Shown piece after piece: positions 1 through 9,513 of a stretch of 41,546 bases of DNA (position 1 is the first letter of the stretch; each line of letters starts with the position of its first letter). The DNA is from a virus. Taxonomy: Duplodnaviria > Caudoviricetes. The translations under genes and the position numbers were made by a program. The DNA is taken from the IMG/VR virus record IMGVR_UViG_3300017914_002042, positions 1-41,546 of that record; one strand, 5' to 3'. A model generated the notes under the pieces. That model was given only the letters and a program-made list of their open reading frames with translations. It was not told the DNA's origin and searched no databases.

Positions 1-412
1 GTCTGTAGGAGCCGCTAATAAGAACCCCAATGCTGAGGCTCGAAATCGGATTTGCATATCGATTTATCTTCCTAAAAGATGTTGGCTCTAATTCAAAGAC
101 GACATACGGGTCATAGTCTTCTTCTCTTTGTCGTACCATCTCTGAGTAACTGAGCGGCCATTGAGTATAGCCGTCTTTAAGGAAATCGTTGCTCACAAAG
201 AGAGTCCAATACAGCGAATCCTTACCATATAGCTTAGAAGAGACTTGGTCTGGTCTCTCACCGTCCTGTATATAGTAATTCTGATATGCAGAAGCTTCTG
301 GTATTATCTTTTCGTTCACATCAACGTTACGAAAGATATCTCTTATCTCTATGAGGTTTCCGTCTCTCTTTAAATCGTATGTAGTCTTAGGAAATTTGTT
401 AAAGAAACTCAT
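1..412 (-). CDS. gp53: Baseplate wedge subunit gp53-like (partial, runs off the left edge)
   Basis: Not in the ORF track. Manual translation from ATG at 412: MSFFNKFPKTTYDL...YYIQDGERPDQVSSKLYGKDSLYW...N...WPLS, the typical gp53 pattern; lies next to gp48. Confidence 0.85.
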   Translation of the reverse strand, partial: MSFFNKFPKTTYDLKRDGNLIEIRDIFRNVDVNEKIIPEASAYQNYYIQDGERPDQVSSKLYGKDSLYWTLFVSNDFLKDGYTQWPLSYSEMVRQREEDYDPYVVFELEPTSFRKINRYANPISSLSIGVLISGSYR

Positions 413-413
413 G

Positions 414-1439
414 TTATTCTGCTTCCGGTATTTGTGGTGTTGGTGTCGGGTCAATGGCTACTGAAAGAGTAGGGCGACCGGTCTCGGGGTCTATTCCTCT
501 ATTCTGTAGCTTATCGTTCTCCATATCGGCGATATCCTTTCTCGTGAGTGCGCGAGTCTCTTGAAAGTTTAGTGCTATGTCGACTTCGGTAGGTGCTCCA
601 TCGTGATAAAATGTATTAGAGTCTGGGTTAATAGACGTCGTGACTCCTGTAAGATATGTAGAAAAGATTCGTGGTATATGCGCGGTCTCTTTAAATCCTC
701 CGTTCTTGTCTGGCGTGTAGAAACGAATGAGCCATAATGGTGGAAAGGCTAACATAAATCCTGTGGCTTCGTTCACGAGTTCTGCATAAGAATAATGACG
801 AAAACGTTCGTGAATCTGTCGAATGAGCTCTGCTTCTTCTTTACTTTTCGCTATCATCTTAAAAGAGAAAGAGAATGTACGGACACCGTGTCCTGTAAAG
901 ACGGTGTTAGTATTCGGATTCTTCACAGAGCGTGTCACCAACTTTAACTGGTCTGCATATGGATTGACGGCTCGAGTGATAACTGCAGCTTCACTGGCTT
1001 TCATGTTGAATAATCTACCAATGACTCCTCCTGTACCAGCTATACCAGCAGCAACTCCTCTTGCAAATTGATTACCTGCTCCTTTATCATATGCTTCTTG
1101 AATCTCTGTAGCCAGAGCACCGCCTAACGCTCCTAAAGAGAGTTCACTATAGTTAGCAGAATCAGAGAATGTTACGCCAGGTGGCACTGGAAACCAGGTA
1201 TCCAGAGTTTCTGGCTTTCCGTCTTTCTGAGTAAAACACGTAAAACAAACGCAAGGTCTAGGATTACCTGCCATCTCTTCGGGGAAAATCAATCCACCTT
1301 GATTGTCGGAAGCTCCTACCTTTGGTCCACCACCAACAAGATTCGTTAATTTAGTCGATATCTCACCAAGTTGACCGCTCACATTATCGAGAGCTGATGA
1401 TGCAACATCGCCAAGGGCGCTTCCTACTTTTCTTAACAT
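414..1439 (-). CDS. gp48: Baseplate tail tube cap gp48-like
   Basis: NPNTNTVFTGHGVRTFSFSFKMIAKSKEEA and C-terminal G-x-P-TEVDIALNFQETRALT motifs; synteny with gp53 and gp4. Confidence 0.8.
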   Translation of the reverse strand: MLRKVGSALGDVASSALDNVSGQLGEISTKLTNLVGGGPKVGASDNQGGLIFPEEMAGNPRPCVCFTCFTQKDGKPETLDTWFPVPPGVTFSDSANYSELSLGALGGALATEIQEAYDKGAGNQFARGVAAGIAGTGGVIGRLFNMKASEAAVITRAVNPYADQLKLVTRSVKNPNTNTVFTGHGVRTFSFSFKMIAKSKEEAELIRQIHERFRHYSYAELVNEATGFMLAFPPLWLIRFYTPDKNGGFKETAHIPRIFSTYLTGVTTSINPDSNTFYHDGAPTEVDIALNFQETRALTRKDIADMENDKLQNRGIDPETGRPTLSVAIDPTPTPQIPEAE

Positions 1440-1451
1440 ATTTTGTTTTCC

Positions 1452-1459
1452 TATAAATA
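1452..1459 (+). promoter_or_regulatory. T4-type late promoter TATAAATA (gp4 operon)
   Basis: Exact TATAAATA about 33 nt upstream of the gp4 ATG. Confidence 0.75.
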
Positions 1460-1473
1460 GATTTGTATACAGT

Positions 1474-1481
1474 TATTTATA
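1474..1481 (-). promoter_or_regulatory. T4-type late promoter TATAAATA (gp48-gp53 operon)
   Basis: TATTTATA on the + strand, about 34 nt upstream of the gp48 start. Confidence 0.75.
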
Positions 1482-1492
1482 AGGAAATTAGC

Positions 1493-1942
1493 ATGGCATA
1501 TAGTGGAAGATACTCAGTGAGAAATAAGAATAAGTACGAAGGTGACGCGAGCCGCGTTATCTTTCGTAGTTTATGGGAAAGACAGGTGTTTAAGTGGATA
1601 GACGAGAACCCTTCGATAGTGAAATGGTCAAGTGAGGAAGTAGTGATACCTTATCGTTGTCAAACAGATAATCGTATTCATCGCTATTTCATCGACGTGA
1701 AGTTAGTAATGGAAGATGGCAAGACATATCTTGTTGAGATAAAACCAAAGAGCCAGGCTAAACCACCAAAGACTCGTCGTAAGACAAAGAAGTATCTTCG
1801 AGAGGTGATGACATATGCAAAGAATGAAAGTAAATGGAAAGCGGCAAATGAATATTGCGCTGATCGTGGCTGGAAGTTCTTAGTATGGACTGAAGACCAC
1901 CTCAAAGAACTTGGAATTAAATTATTGACTCCTTTAAGGTAG
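1493..1942 (+). CDS. gp4: Head completion nuclease gp4-like (TnsA N-terminal endonuclease fold)
   Basis: MAYSGRY...KY.GD...RSLWER...WSSEE..IPY...HRYFID...LVEIKP. Start placed at MAYSG after an AAGGA RBS. Confidence 0.92.
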   Translation: MAYSGRYSVRNKNKYEGDASRVIFRSLWERQVFKWIDENPSIVKWSSEEVVIPYRCQTDNRIHRYFIDVKLVMEDGKTYLVEIKPKSQAKPPKTRRKTKKYLREVMTYAKNESKWKAANEYCADRGWKFLVWTEDHLKELGIKLLTPLR

Positions 1943-1960
1943 TAAACTAATAAATAGAAG

Positions 1961-2731
1961 ATGGCACAGTACCATCTAGATAAAGTAAAGTTTAATTCGA
2001 ATAATAATATACAATTCGAAGCTTTCTTGTCCGCCATGAATGGCTCGGTTGGCCATTTTCCTTTGGCCAATGGTCAGATAAATGGTATCTCACACATTAA
2101 TAAGTTTGGCTATAGTGGCAGTATCAGTTCTTTAAGTACTATTTGGGACGGCTCTAACATCTATACATATTCTAGTTCTGCTGGAGAAGTAACTATTTCC
2201 GGCTCATCTAATGATGATTCTGCTGTCATTGAAGTTCAAGGATTGGACGCAAATTACAATCTTGTTACTCAAGATATCACGCTCGATGATGAAGGTGATG
2301 GCACTGGAACAACCGAACTAATTAGAGTTTTCAGAGCAAGAGTAAAAACACCAGCTGCCGGACAAACAACTAATGCTGCTGACTTAAGCATTCGTATTAG
2401 CGCACAGCAAAGAGCAAGGATACTTGCAGGTAATGGACAGACATTGATGGCAGTTTATACTGTCCCAGCAGGAAAGACCGCATATCTTTTGAATATTACA
2501 ATGTCTGTTGATAAGAACACCGACGTAATTTATAAACTATTTGCTCGACCATTTGGTGGTGCATTTAACTTAAAGGGTCAATTTGGTACATTTGGTACCC
2601 CACTCGACCACCATTATCCTGTGCCTCTTAAATTTGAAGAAAAGACCGACATTGAAATACAAGCAGATGCAGGAAATAACAGTGGCGGTGGAGCAACTTT
2701 TGATTTAATTTTAGTAGATAATCCAACATAA
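1961..2731 (+). CDS. Hypothetical late protein, probable virion structural beta-rich protein
   Basis: 256-aa Gly/Ser/Thr-rich ORF inside the late module, preceded by a near-consensus AATAAATA. Confidence 0.55.
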   Translation: MAQYHLDKVKFNSNNNIQFEAFLSAMNGSVGHFPLANGQINGISHINKFGYSGSISSLSTIWDGSNIYTYSSSAGEVTISGSSNDDSAVIEVQGLDANYNLVTQDITLDDEGDGTGTTELIRVFRARVKTPAAGQTTNAADLSIRISAQQRARILAGNGQTLMAVYTVPAGKTAYLLNITMSVDKNTDVIYKLFARPFGGAFNLKGQFGTFGTPLDHHYPVPLKFEEKTDIEIQADAGNNSGGGATFDLILVDNPT

Positions 2732-4032
2732 TGGCAGTAAAAAAACCAAGTCCAAAACTGGCTAATTTAATTAAAAAATTAAATAAGTTAGGATATGTCA
2801 AAGTAGTAGCATTAAAGTCAAATGTTGCTGCTATCTACGTTCCCAAGAGCGACCGTGTTATTGAATTAAAGAATGTAGAAAGAAGACTCAAAGGAAATTA
2901 TGCAACAGATGGTAAAGCTCAGAGACTAGCTGGTTCTTCCATTGGTGGAGTATATTTAAAAGATGGTTTGATAGTCGGAGCAAAACCCGATGCATCTAAG
3001 TCTCTTAATACAGACCAACAAGAAACTCTACAGGGTATATTCATCGCTGCAAAAATGATGAATCCAAAGACTCAGTATACTATGGGTGACCTTCAGGCAG
3101 CTCAAAAGAACGTTCAATCAAAGTTTGGTATTGACGATCTGTTCGAGATAGCGGGAAAGGGTTGGCTAGAATCATCTCGATTGGCTGCAGAAGCTACATA
3201 CGACTTTCTTGGTAGACAGAGATTCGTAGTATGTCAACGATCAAAATCAAAATTTGTTGACAATATCAGTAAAGCTGCCAATAGATTGATTAAAGAATCA
3301 GGCAAATCAATGGGTATTGATAAGTGGAATCCAGCTGATATTTGGTTAGTTAAGAAGACTCTATTGAATCATAACTTCAAACAATATACATCAATAATCG
3401 ATTTAAATGAGTTTCTTTATAAGTCATATAAGTCAAAGGATATAGTTGGTGTATCTCTCAAGGCAACCAAAAAGAAAGCGACCGTCAAGATATTCAATGA
3501 TGGAATTGCACAAGAGTTCAAGTATGAAGGTTATAGAGCTGGCGCTTCTTTCGTAAAAGCTATGGGTAATGAAATATTCTTTACTGGTGGCAAGATAACC
3601 TTCCGATTGTTTGGTCGTCCTGCCGATGTGATTGGAGAGATTAATGGTAAACATGCTGCTGGTGGTAAAGTCGGTGGTGGTCCTTTATTCAGAATAATGA
3701 CAGAACATGACCCTAAGTTTAGTGTCCCTAAATGGAAATCTATCATGGCAATGTATGAGAACCGACCTGAGTTTGTTGTATCACATCTGTACAAACTAAT
3801 GAAAGAATTAGCGCCAGATGAGGCAAGGAATATATCAGAAGACGAATATGCAGAAGCTATTGCCGATAAACCAAATACTGAGACATATGTCATATCTAAA
3901 TGGCATGCATCTGAAGTGGTCAAGTCATTCGAATCAATGAAACCCCAAGTCCGTAACGATTGTATCAAAGAGATACTTGGTTATGCTTCCTCTTCAACTG
4001 AGATAAGTTCTATCTTTATAAAGGTTAGTTAA
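2731..4032 (+). CDS. Hypothetical protein, possible PD-(D/E)XK restriction-endonuclease-like fold
   Basis: 433 aa, basic; DKWNPADIW...IVGVSLK resembles a D...SxK variant nuclease core. Confidence 0.45.
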   Translation: MAVKKPSPKLANLIKKLNKLGYVKVVALKSNVAAIYVPKSDRVIELKNVERRLKGNYATDGKAQRLAGSSIGGVYLKDGLIVGAKPDASKSLNTDQQETLQGIFIAAKMMNPKTQYTMGDLQAAQKNVQSKFGIDDLFEIAGKGWLESSRLAAEATYDFLGRQRFVVCQRSKSKFVDNISKAANRLIKESGKSMGIDKWNPADIWLVKKTLLNHNFKQYTSIIDLNEFLYKSYKSKDIVGVSLKATKKKATVKIFNDGIAQEFKYEGYRAGASFVKAMGNEIFFTGGKITFRLFGRPADVIGEINGKHAAGGKVGGGPLFRIMTEHDPKFSVPKWKSIMAMYENRPEFVVSHLYKLMKELAPDEARNISEDEYAEAIADKPNTETYVISKWHASEVVKSFESMKPQVRNDCIKEILGYASSSTEISSIFIKVS

Positions 4033-4036
4033 ACCT

Positions 4037-4044
4037 TATAAATA
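4037..4044 (+). promoter_or_regulatory. Late promoter TATAAATA
   Basis: Exact match 5 nt before the gp2 ATG. Confidence 0.75.
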
Positions 4045-4049
4045 GAGAT

Positions 4050-4637
4050 ATGGCGAAAGTAACATATAAAGATAAGGTTCAAGCACAGGCCTTTAGAGCA
4101 GGAGTTTCATCAAACACATCAGATTCTCTTGATTGGTTTCGTAAACAATTGAGAGCAATGAAAAGGGTGAGTAGAGCGAATCTACTTAAAGACCCAGATG
4201 TAAAGGTAGCAAATCGTATACTTCCTGGTCGTATGTATATGTATTTCTATGACCCAAAACATAAAGATACATTACCATACTATGATAGATTCCCTCTCAT
4301 AATCGCCGTCAAACCAGTCAAAGGCGGGTTTATGGGATTGAATATGCATTACCTTCCACCGATACTTCGTGCTAAACTAATGGACGGAATGTTAGATTAT
4401 AAGGCAGGAGATACCGACTTCGAGACCAAACTTCGTATCACTTTAGGTAGACTTTCAAGTATATCTAAACTAAGATTTTATAAACCATGTTTGAAACAAT
4501 ACTTATCTAGCAAGATAACTTCAAGAGTAGTGCAGGTTCCATCAGCTGACTGGGACTTCACTCTATTCTTACCATCAGAACAATTCAAAAAGGCGAATAC
4601 TTCAAAGGTCTGGTCCGATTCACGAAAGATGATTTAA
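4050..4637 (+). CDS. gp2: DNA end protector protein gp2
   Basis: PGRMYMYFYDPKHKDTLPYYDRFPL...GLNMHYLPP...VWSDS signature. Confidence 0.95.
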   Translation: MAKVTYKDKVQAQAFRAGVSSNTSDSLDWFRKQLRAMKRVSRANLLKDPDVKVANRILPGRMYMYFYDPKHKDTLPYYDRFPLIIAVKPVKGGFMGLNMHYLPPILRAKLMDGMLDYKAGDTDFETKLRITLGRLSSISKLRFYKPCLKQYLSSKITSRVVQVPSADWDFTLFLPSEQFKKANTSKVWSDSRKMI

Positions 4638-5320
4638 TGAGTTTCATAAGACAAATAACAAATGCTATAACACCAACATCAATCGATGCATTGAAGGGTA
4701 CAATTTCTAAACGTGGTGGAGCTGCACGAGCGAATCGATTTGCTATCTTTATGACACCACCCAACTCGTCATTCTTAAACTTAGACCTCCAGGGTGCAGC
4801 CTCTTCATTATTATCAGGTTCATTTTCTGCAAGTTCTTTCGTGAATGACCCAAGAGATATCTCAATGTTATGCGAATCTTGCTCGTTACCTTCTCGTGAA
4901 ATAACTACATTAGACTACCAACAATTTCGTCAGTCTATTAAGTTACCAAATGGTTATAATGTATCTGATATTGACTTTACCTTTTTATTGACAAATGACT
5001 ATTATGCGAGAAAATTCTTTGATAAGTGGATTAATTCTGTTGTCGATGTAGAGACTTATGGAATGGCTTATCGTGATGAATATTCGTGTGATGTTGTAAT
5101 TCAACAATTGAATGAACAAAACGTTCCTGTTTATGGCGTGAGATTAATCAATGCTTATCCTATTGCTGTTCAATCTGTAGAGTTGAATCAAACAAGTGAG
5201 AGCACTATACAAAAACAAACCGTGACATTTACATTTGAAGATTTTAAACCAGAGGGTGCGATAACCTCCGCCATCGCTGGTATTGGAACAACTATAGGAG
5301 GTTTTACAAGAATAATATAA
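4637..5320 (+). CDS. gp54: Baseplate tail tube initiator gp54-like (T4 tail-tube fold)
   Basis: GGAARANRF, CESCSLP, FFDKWIN, L.NAYP..V..VEL motifs; position between gp2 and gp26. Confidence 0.72.
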   Translation: MSFIRQITNAITPTSIDALKGTISKRGGAARANRFAIFMTPPNSSFLNLDLQGAASSLLSGSFSASSFVNDPRDISMLCESCSLPSREITTLDYQQFRQSIKLPNGYNVSDIDFTFLLTNDYYARKFFDKWINSVVDVETYGMAYRDEYSCDVVIQQLNEQNVPVYGVRLINAYPIAVQSVELNQTSESTIQKQTVTFTFEDFKPEGAITSAIAGIGTTIGGFTRII

Positions 5321-5332
5321 TGGAATTAAATT

Positions 5333-6028
5333 ATGGCATTACCAAAATTAGAAGTACCTAAGTACACATTAACGATACCTTCATCAGGTGATGTGATTGA
5401 GTATCGTCCTTTTCTCGTAAAAGAAGAAAAGAACCTAATGATTGCACAAGAGACTGGAGAAGACTCGGCTCAAGTTGATGCAATGATTGGAATAATCGAA
5501 GCATGTACATTCAACAAATTAGATATCAATAAGCTAACTACTTATGATGTTGAATACATCTTCTTACAAATCAGAGCTAAGTCAGTTGGAGAAACTGCTG
5601 ATATAACATTACCATGCGAGAAAAGTGGAAAACGTAAACAGGTTACGATCAACCTTACCGATGCATATGTTGCTAATGTTGATTCTTTTGAATCAGAAAA
5701 GGTTGTTAAAATAACTGATGATGTTGGATTAACTCTACGTCCATTCACGTTAAGTCACTTAAGAACAATTGGTGATAATTCAGATATTACTAGAACTGTT
5801 AAACTATTAATCCATTCAATCTATGATGCTGATGGAGTTTATTTAGCAGATGAAAGTAGTGATGCAGAACTTACGGAATTTATCGAGAGTTTACCACATA
5901 AAGCATTAGAAGAAATAAGTACGTATATGGAATCTATACCAGCTTTAGTAATGGATGTAGAATTTACAGGTTCAACTGGACATAAAAATAAAGTACAACT
6001 AAAAGGACTGAATAGTTTTTTCGTATAG
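5333..6028 (+). CDS. gp26: Baseplate hub assembly protein gp26-like
   Basis: MALPKL..PKYTLTIPS...YRPFLVKEEK...EYIFLQIRAKSVGE...GLNSFF. Confidence 0.92.
   Translation: MALPKLEVPKYTLTIPSSGDVIEYRPFLVKEEKNLMIAQETGEDSAQVDAMIGIIEACTFNKLDINKLTTYDVEYIFLQIRAKSVGETADITLPCEKSGKRKQVTINLTDAYVANVDSFESEKVVKITDDVGLTLRPFTLSHLRTIGDNSDITRTVKLLIHSIYDADGVYLADESSDAELTEFIESLPHKALEEISTYMESIPALVMDVEFTGSTGHKNKVQLKGLNSFFV
6016..6022 (+). other. Candidate -1 programmed ribosomal frameshift heptamer T TTT TTC
   Basis: X XXY YYZ heptamer in the gp26 frame, one codon before its stop; the -1 frame continues as the gp51-like ORF. Confidence 0.6.
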
Positions 6029-6207
6029 GCCTTTCACATGAAACATTAGAAAATCATTATCAGATGAACTTTAACATGATGCAACATCATAAATATAGTT
6101 TATCAGAGCTAGACAATATGATACCGTGGGAAAGGCAGATATATGTGGCTCTATTACAGGAATATATAGAAAAAGAAAACGAAAGATTGAAGAAGCAAAA
6201 TGGCTAA
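6022..6207 (+). CDS. gp51: Baseplate hub assembly chaperone gp51-like (possibly made as a gp26-gp51 frameshift fusion; first ATG at 6064)
   Basis: Manual translation: RIGLSHETLENHYQMNFNMMQHHKYSLSELDNMIPWERQIYVALLQEYIEKENERLKKQNG*; MMQHHKYSL.EL.NMIPWER is the gp51 signature. Confidence 0.85.
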   Translation, partial: RIGLSHETLENHYQMNFNMMQHHKYSLSELDNMIPWERQIYVALLQEYIEKENERLKKQNG

Positions 6208-7879
6208 CGACGAAATATTAGCAGGCAAACTCACAGAGATAGCTAACCTATTACGCGAACAACGGGAAGACCAAGAGTTCGATAGACAGGAAGCTAAAGC
6301 AGCTGCATCTGAGTCTAAAGTTGGTCAAGAAGAAGCCAAGCAAGAAGAAGTTTCGAGAAAAGAAGAACAAATTGAGAACCAAGAAGAAACTATTGGTATT
6401 CTTGAGAGAATCAATAAAAATTTCGAAGGTGGATTTGAAGGTAAAGGAAAAAATGTATTTGCTAATATCGCAAAGGCACTGGGTCTTTTAGGTGCACCTG
6501 TTGCTGCTGTCTCAGCTGGTCTTGGATTCTTATCAGGTATTTTGAATGGTTTGAAACAAAGCTTTGCAATATTTACTCCAAAGACTTTTGCTAAAGTTTC
6601 GAACTTTTTTACTAAAGAGATACCAACCCTTTTCAAAGGTATTACACTTAGCTTAAGAACATCATTCGCATTATTTAAAGCAAATCTATTTGGTGGAATT
6701 GATATGACAGTGCGATTCTTGCAAGAAAAAATAGGAAAGTTTCTGAATCTTTTTAAGAAAGGTCAACTTTCACTTCCAGGGTTTGGCTTTCAAGAACTTC
6801 TTGCTAAAGTAACCGATAGAGTAAATAAAATTACAGAGAGGATTAAACCAATCGCTACAAGATTACTTTCTTTTGGTAAAGCTATTATTGCTTTTACAAA
6901 AGGCCTTGGTGATGATGTTGTATTCGCATTCGGTAAACTTAAAGAAGGCAGTCAAGCATTATTGAAATTAGGTGATGTCACGGGAGATACGATAAAGAGA
7001 ATACCACCAACACTGGAATTTTTAAAGAATGTTTTACGATTAGCATTCACACCATTTGAAGTTCTTCTTAAATCACTAAAATTTATAGCTCCAGTAGCTT
7101 TTGGAATAGGTAAAGCCTTTGGTATAGTTCTTGGTAAGCTACTTGTTCCTTTTACAATAGTACTCGGTGCTATCAATACGATTAGAGGTTTCCTTGAAAC
7201 TGATGTTGCATCAAAAGGATTTATTGGTAAATTAATTGAAAGAATTGGTGGAGCTATAGCAGGTCTATTTAATTTCTTAATTGGTTCTATTATCGACTTT
7301 GTTAAAGACATAGGAGCATTCTTTATAGGACTTATACCTGGTGCAGATGGTATAGCTGATGCTATAAAAGGATTTAGTTTTCAAGATATGTTCAAAGGAA
7401 TCATTGAAGGTATATTTGATGCTTTTGCTTTGATGTTTGACAACCCAATGGAAGCATTACGTCAAGCGGGTATTGGTATGATGAAAACTATCGACTTTAT
7501 TCGAGATATAGTAAAATTTGTTTTACCTCCCGCAGACTTTTTATCATTTAAGGTGCCAGAGGCCAACATAATGGGTAAACGATTTGGTGGTGGAGAAATC
7601 AATCTAAATCCTATTCCTAAAGTCTTATATGATTTTGCAAATGCTCCTAGACAAAACTTTTCTAGCACAACACCAAATGCGGGGGCTTCAATGGCAGTCG
7701 CTACAGATATGAATTTAGATGCAAAAGCTGCAAATGCAGCATCACCAATCGTCGTACAGAATGTTGATGGCGGTAAGACGGAGAACACAAACATTGTTCA
7801 GACAAATTACCAAGACAATACATTGACTGATAGAGATGCGACATTAAGTCAATTTGGCGCTATGCCAGCGACTATATAA
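6200..7879 (+). CDS. Tape measure / baseplate hub protein (positional gp29 equivalent)
   Basis: 559 aa; N-terminal coiled coil followed by amphipathic F/G/I/K-rich helical repeats; immediately follows gp26/gp51. Confidence 0.7.
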   Translation: MANDEILAGKLTEIANLLREQREDQEFDRQEAKAAASESKVGQEEAKQEEVSRKEEQIENQEETIGILERINKNFEGGFEGKGKNVFANIAKALGLLGAPVAAVSAGLGFLSGILNGLKQSFAIFTPKTFAKVSNFFTKEIPTLFKGITLSLRTSFALFKANLFGGIDMTVRFLQEKIGKFLNLFKKGQLSLPGFGFQELLAKVTDRVNKITERIKPIATRLLSFGKAIIAFTKGLGDDVVFAFGKLKEGSQALLKLGDVTGDTIKRIPPTLEFLKNVLRLAFTPFEVLLKSLKFIAPVAFGIGKAFGIVLGKLLVPFTIVLGAINTIRGFLETDVASKGFIGKLIERIGGAIAGLFNFLIGSIIDFVKDIGAFFIGLIPGADGIADAIKGFSFQDMFKGIIEGIFDAFALMFDNPMEALRQAGIGMMKTIDFIRDIVKFVLPPADFLSFKVPEANIMGKRFGGGEINLNPIPKVLYDFANAPRQNFSSTTPNAGASMAVATDMNLDAKAANAASPIVVQNVDGGKTENTNIVQTNYQDNTLTDRDATLSQFGAMPATI

Positions 7880-7913
7880 AAAAAGGGAGTGGCCAATAGA
7901 CGACCACTCCCTT
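7878..7913 (-). terminator. Intrinsic terminator after gp32 (possibly bidirectional)
   Basis: AAGGGAGTGG-N11-CCACTCCCTT hairpin with an A-run on its left (U-tail on the minus strand), between convergent genes. Confidence 0.8.
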
Positions 7914-7935
7914 ACCCATTTATCAAATAGAGTTA

Positions 7936-8847
7936 TTAGTCTTGCTGTGCAAGCTTAGCAAAATAACTCAATGCATCATCACCATCATCATTAGAACCTT
8001 CTGCAACGGGTTGAGCAGTCGGAGCTGGTTCGGTTGGAGTGGGAGCATCAACGACCGGCTCTGCGGTTTCGTTCAGTTCCGTAGCCACTTCAGTGGTCAT
8101 ACCAGGAACTCCATCTTCTCCAAGAACCTCATAGAGTTTGCGCTGAAGTTCCGCATAACTCTTGAAATTTGAAGGGTCAACAAAATCAGCCAATGGCTTC
8201 AAATTGTTATAAACCTCTTCAAGCTTAGCATCGTCTCCACCGAATAGTGGCTCAACGGAATCGAACTCTGACTTATCATAGTTACGATATCCCTCTACTT
8301 GACGAATCTTCAACTTGAAGTTAGCACCACCCCAAAAATCGAAAGGATTTACAGGTGTCTCATCTGCGAACTGAGGTTGCATTACATCCATAATCTTGTC
8401 AAATATCTTCTTACCGAATTTGTACAAAAATACTTTACCTTCATTCTCTGGGTTAGCTGAATCAGTAACTACAAGAATGTTCGAGACATAATGTAAACGA
8501 CGTTTACGTTGACGAGCTATATCCTTATCTTCATCACGTCCAGTGTTCCAAAGATAAGAGTTCATCTCACTTACTGGGTCTTTCTGACCAATTGATGTTA
8601 GTGAGTTCTCGATGTACCATCGACCTGTAGGGCCTTTAAACCCGTGGTCCCAGTATCTCACCCAAGGTAATTCTTCACCTGAAGGTGCGGGTAGGAATCG
8701 AATAACAGCGTAACCATTCCCAGCCTTATCGACTGTTGGTTTCCACTCTCCATCGTTTCCGTAGGATTTCTCCTTAGTTGAATCAGCAGCGCTGATTAGT
8801 TTCGACATCGCATCGTTGCGACTTGCTTTTAGTGCTTCGAATGACAT
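7936..8847 (-). CDS. gp32: Single-stranded DNA-binding protein gp32
   Basis: DKAGNGYAVIRFLP, HGFKGPTGRWYIENSLT, GKKIFDKI, GANFKLK, acidic tail. Confidence 0.97.
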   Translation of the reverse strand: MSFEALKASRNDAMSKLISAADSTKEKSYGNDGEWKPTVDKAGNGYAVIRFLPAPSGEELPWVRYWDHGFKGPTGRWYIENSLTSIGQKDPVSEMNSYLWNTGRDEDKDIARQRKRRLHYVSNILVVTDSANPENEGKVFLYKFGKKIFDKIMDVMQPQFADETPVNPFDFWGGANFKLKIRQVEGYRNYDKSEFDSVEPLFGGDDAKLEEVYNNLKPLADFVDPSNFKSYAELQRKLYEVLGEDGVPGMTTEVATELNETAEPVVDAPTPTEPAPTAQPVAEGSNDDGDDALSYFAKLAQQD

Positions 8848-8883
8848 ATTATATTTTCTCCGTATTGCAGTGTATGTTATTTT

Positions 8884-9510
8884 TTATTTTGTATATGTTA
8901 TATTATCACAACTTGGCAGAGATGTCAATTCTTTTAGAGCATTTTCTGCCATTTTTGTTGTGGGTTGTATTCCTATGTATTCCAATAGGATTCTGTATTT
9001 ATATACTTTATGCGTTAGGTTTTCGTAGACCTTAAGCGGGTCTTGTGATGAGTGAAGCGACATCCATCGCTTTTTCAACATCATCTCGAAAATACATAAC
9101 GTCTCGATACTTATCATATCAGCGAAGTATATATCATACAGAAAAGTATTTCTTGCTTTGAACAAATCTTCGAACTCCCACTTCTTATATTCAGCTTCTT
9201 CAGTTATACGTTTACAATCTTTCTGAAAATTATAACTTAATGAATCTAGCTTTGCTTTAGTATCTAAGTAGTTCTGATGTTTCATATCTGTTGGCCAACC
9301 TTCATCTTTCAAAAAGTTAGCAGCATAAAACAACAAGAGTTCTTTTGGTTTATATGTTCTAGCAAATTTCTCAAAGAGGTACCTTTCCTTTTTCATTTCG
9401 AAAGAGGTAGGGTTAACCTTTGATTTAAAATTATATTTAACTGCATTAAAGTCTGTTGTAAAATGCAGCCTTAATGAATTATAAATTTGATATGCTTGAA
9501 ATCCGTTCAC
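8884..9510 (-). CDS. gp59: Helicase loader gp59-like
   Basis: GTG start; GFQAYQIYNSLRLHFTT.F...KY...F..KKERYLFEK; upstream of gp32 as in T4. Confidence 0.8.
   Translation of the reverse strand: MNGFQAYQIYNSLRLHFTTDFNAVKYNFKSKVNPTSFEMKKERYLFEKFARTYKPKELLLFYAANFLKDEGWPTDMKHQNYLDTKAKLDSLSYNFQKDCKRITEEAEYKKWEFEDLFKARNTFLYDIYFADMISIETLCIFEMMLKKRWMSLHSSQDPLKVYENLTHKVYKYRILLEYIGIQPTTKMAENALKELTSLPSCDNITYTK
8900..8928 (-). promoter_or_regulatory. Sigma70-like early promoter for gp32
   Basis: TTGACA-N17-TAATAT on the minus strand. Confidence 0.75.
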
Positions 9511-9513
9511 TTT

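Noticed and set aside
823-9035. Shadow ORFs over core genes (823-1071, 1684-2070, 3433-3654, 3531-3968, 5542-5748, 6325-6636, 6952-7311, 7462-7794, 7942-8172, 8816-9035)
   Set aside because: Antisense to well-supported genes, no recognisable motifs.
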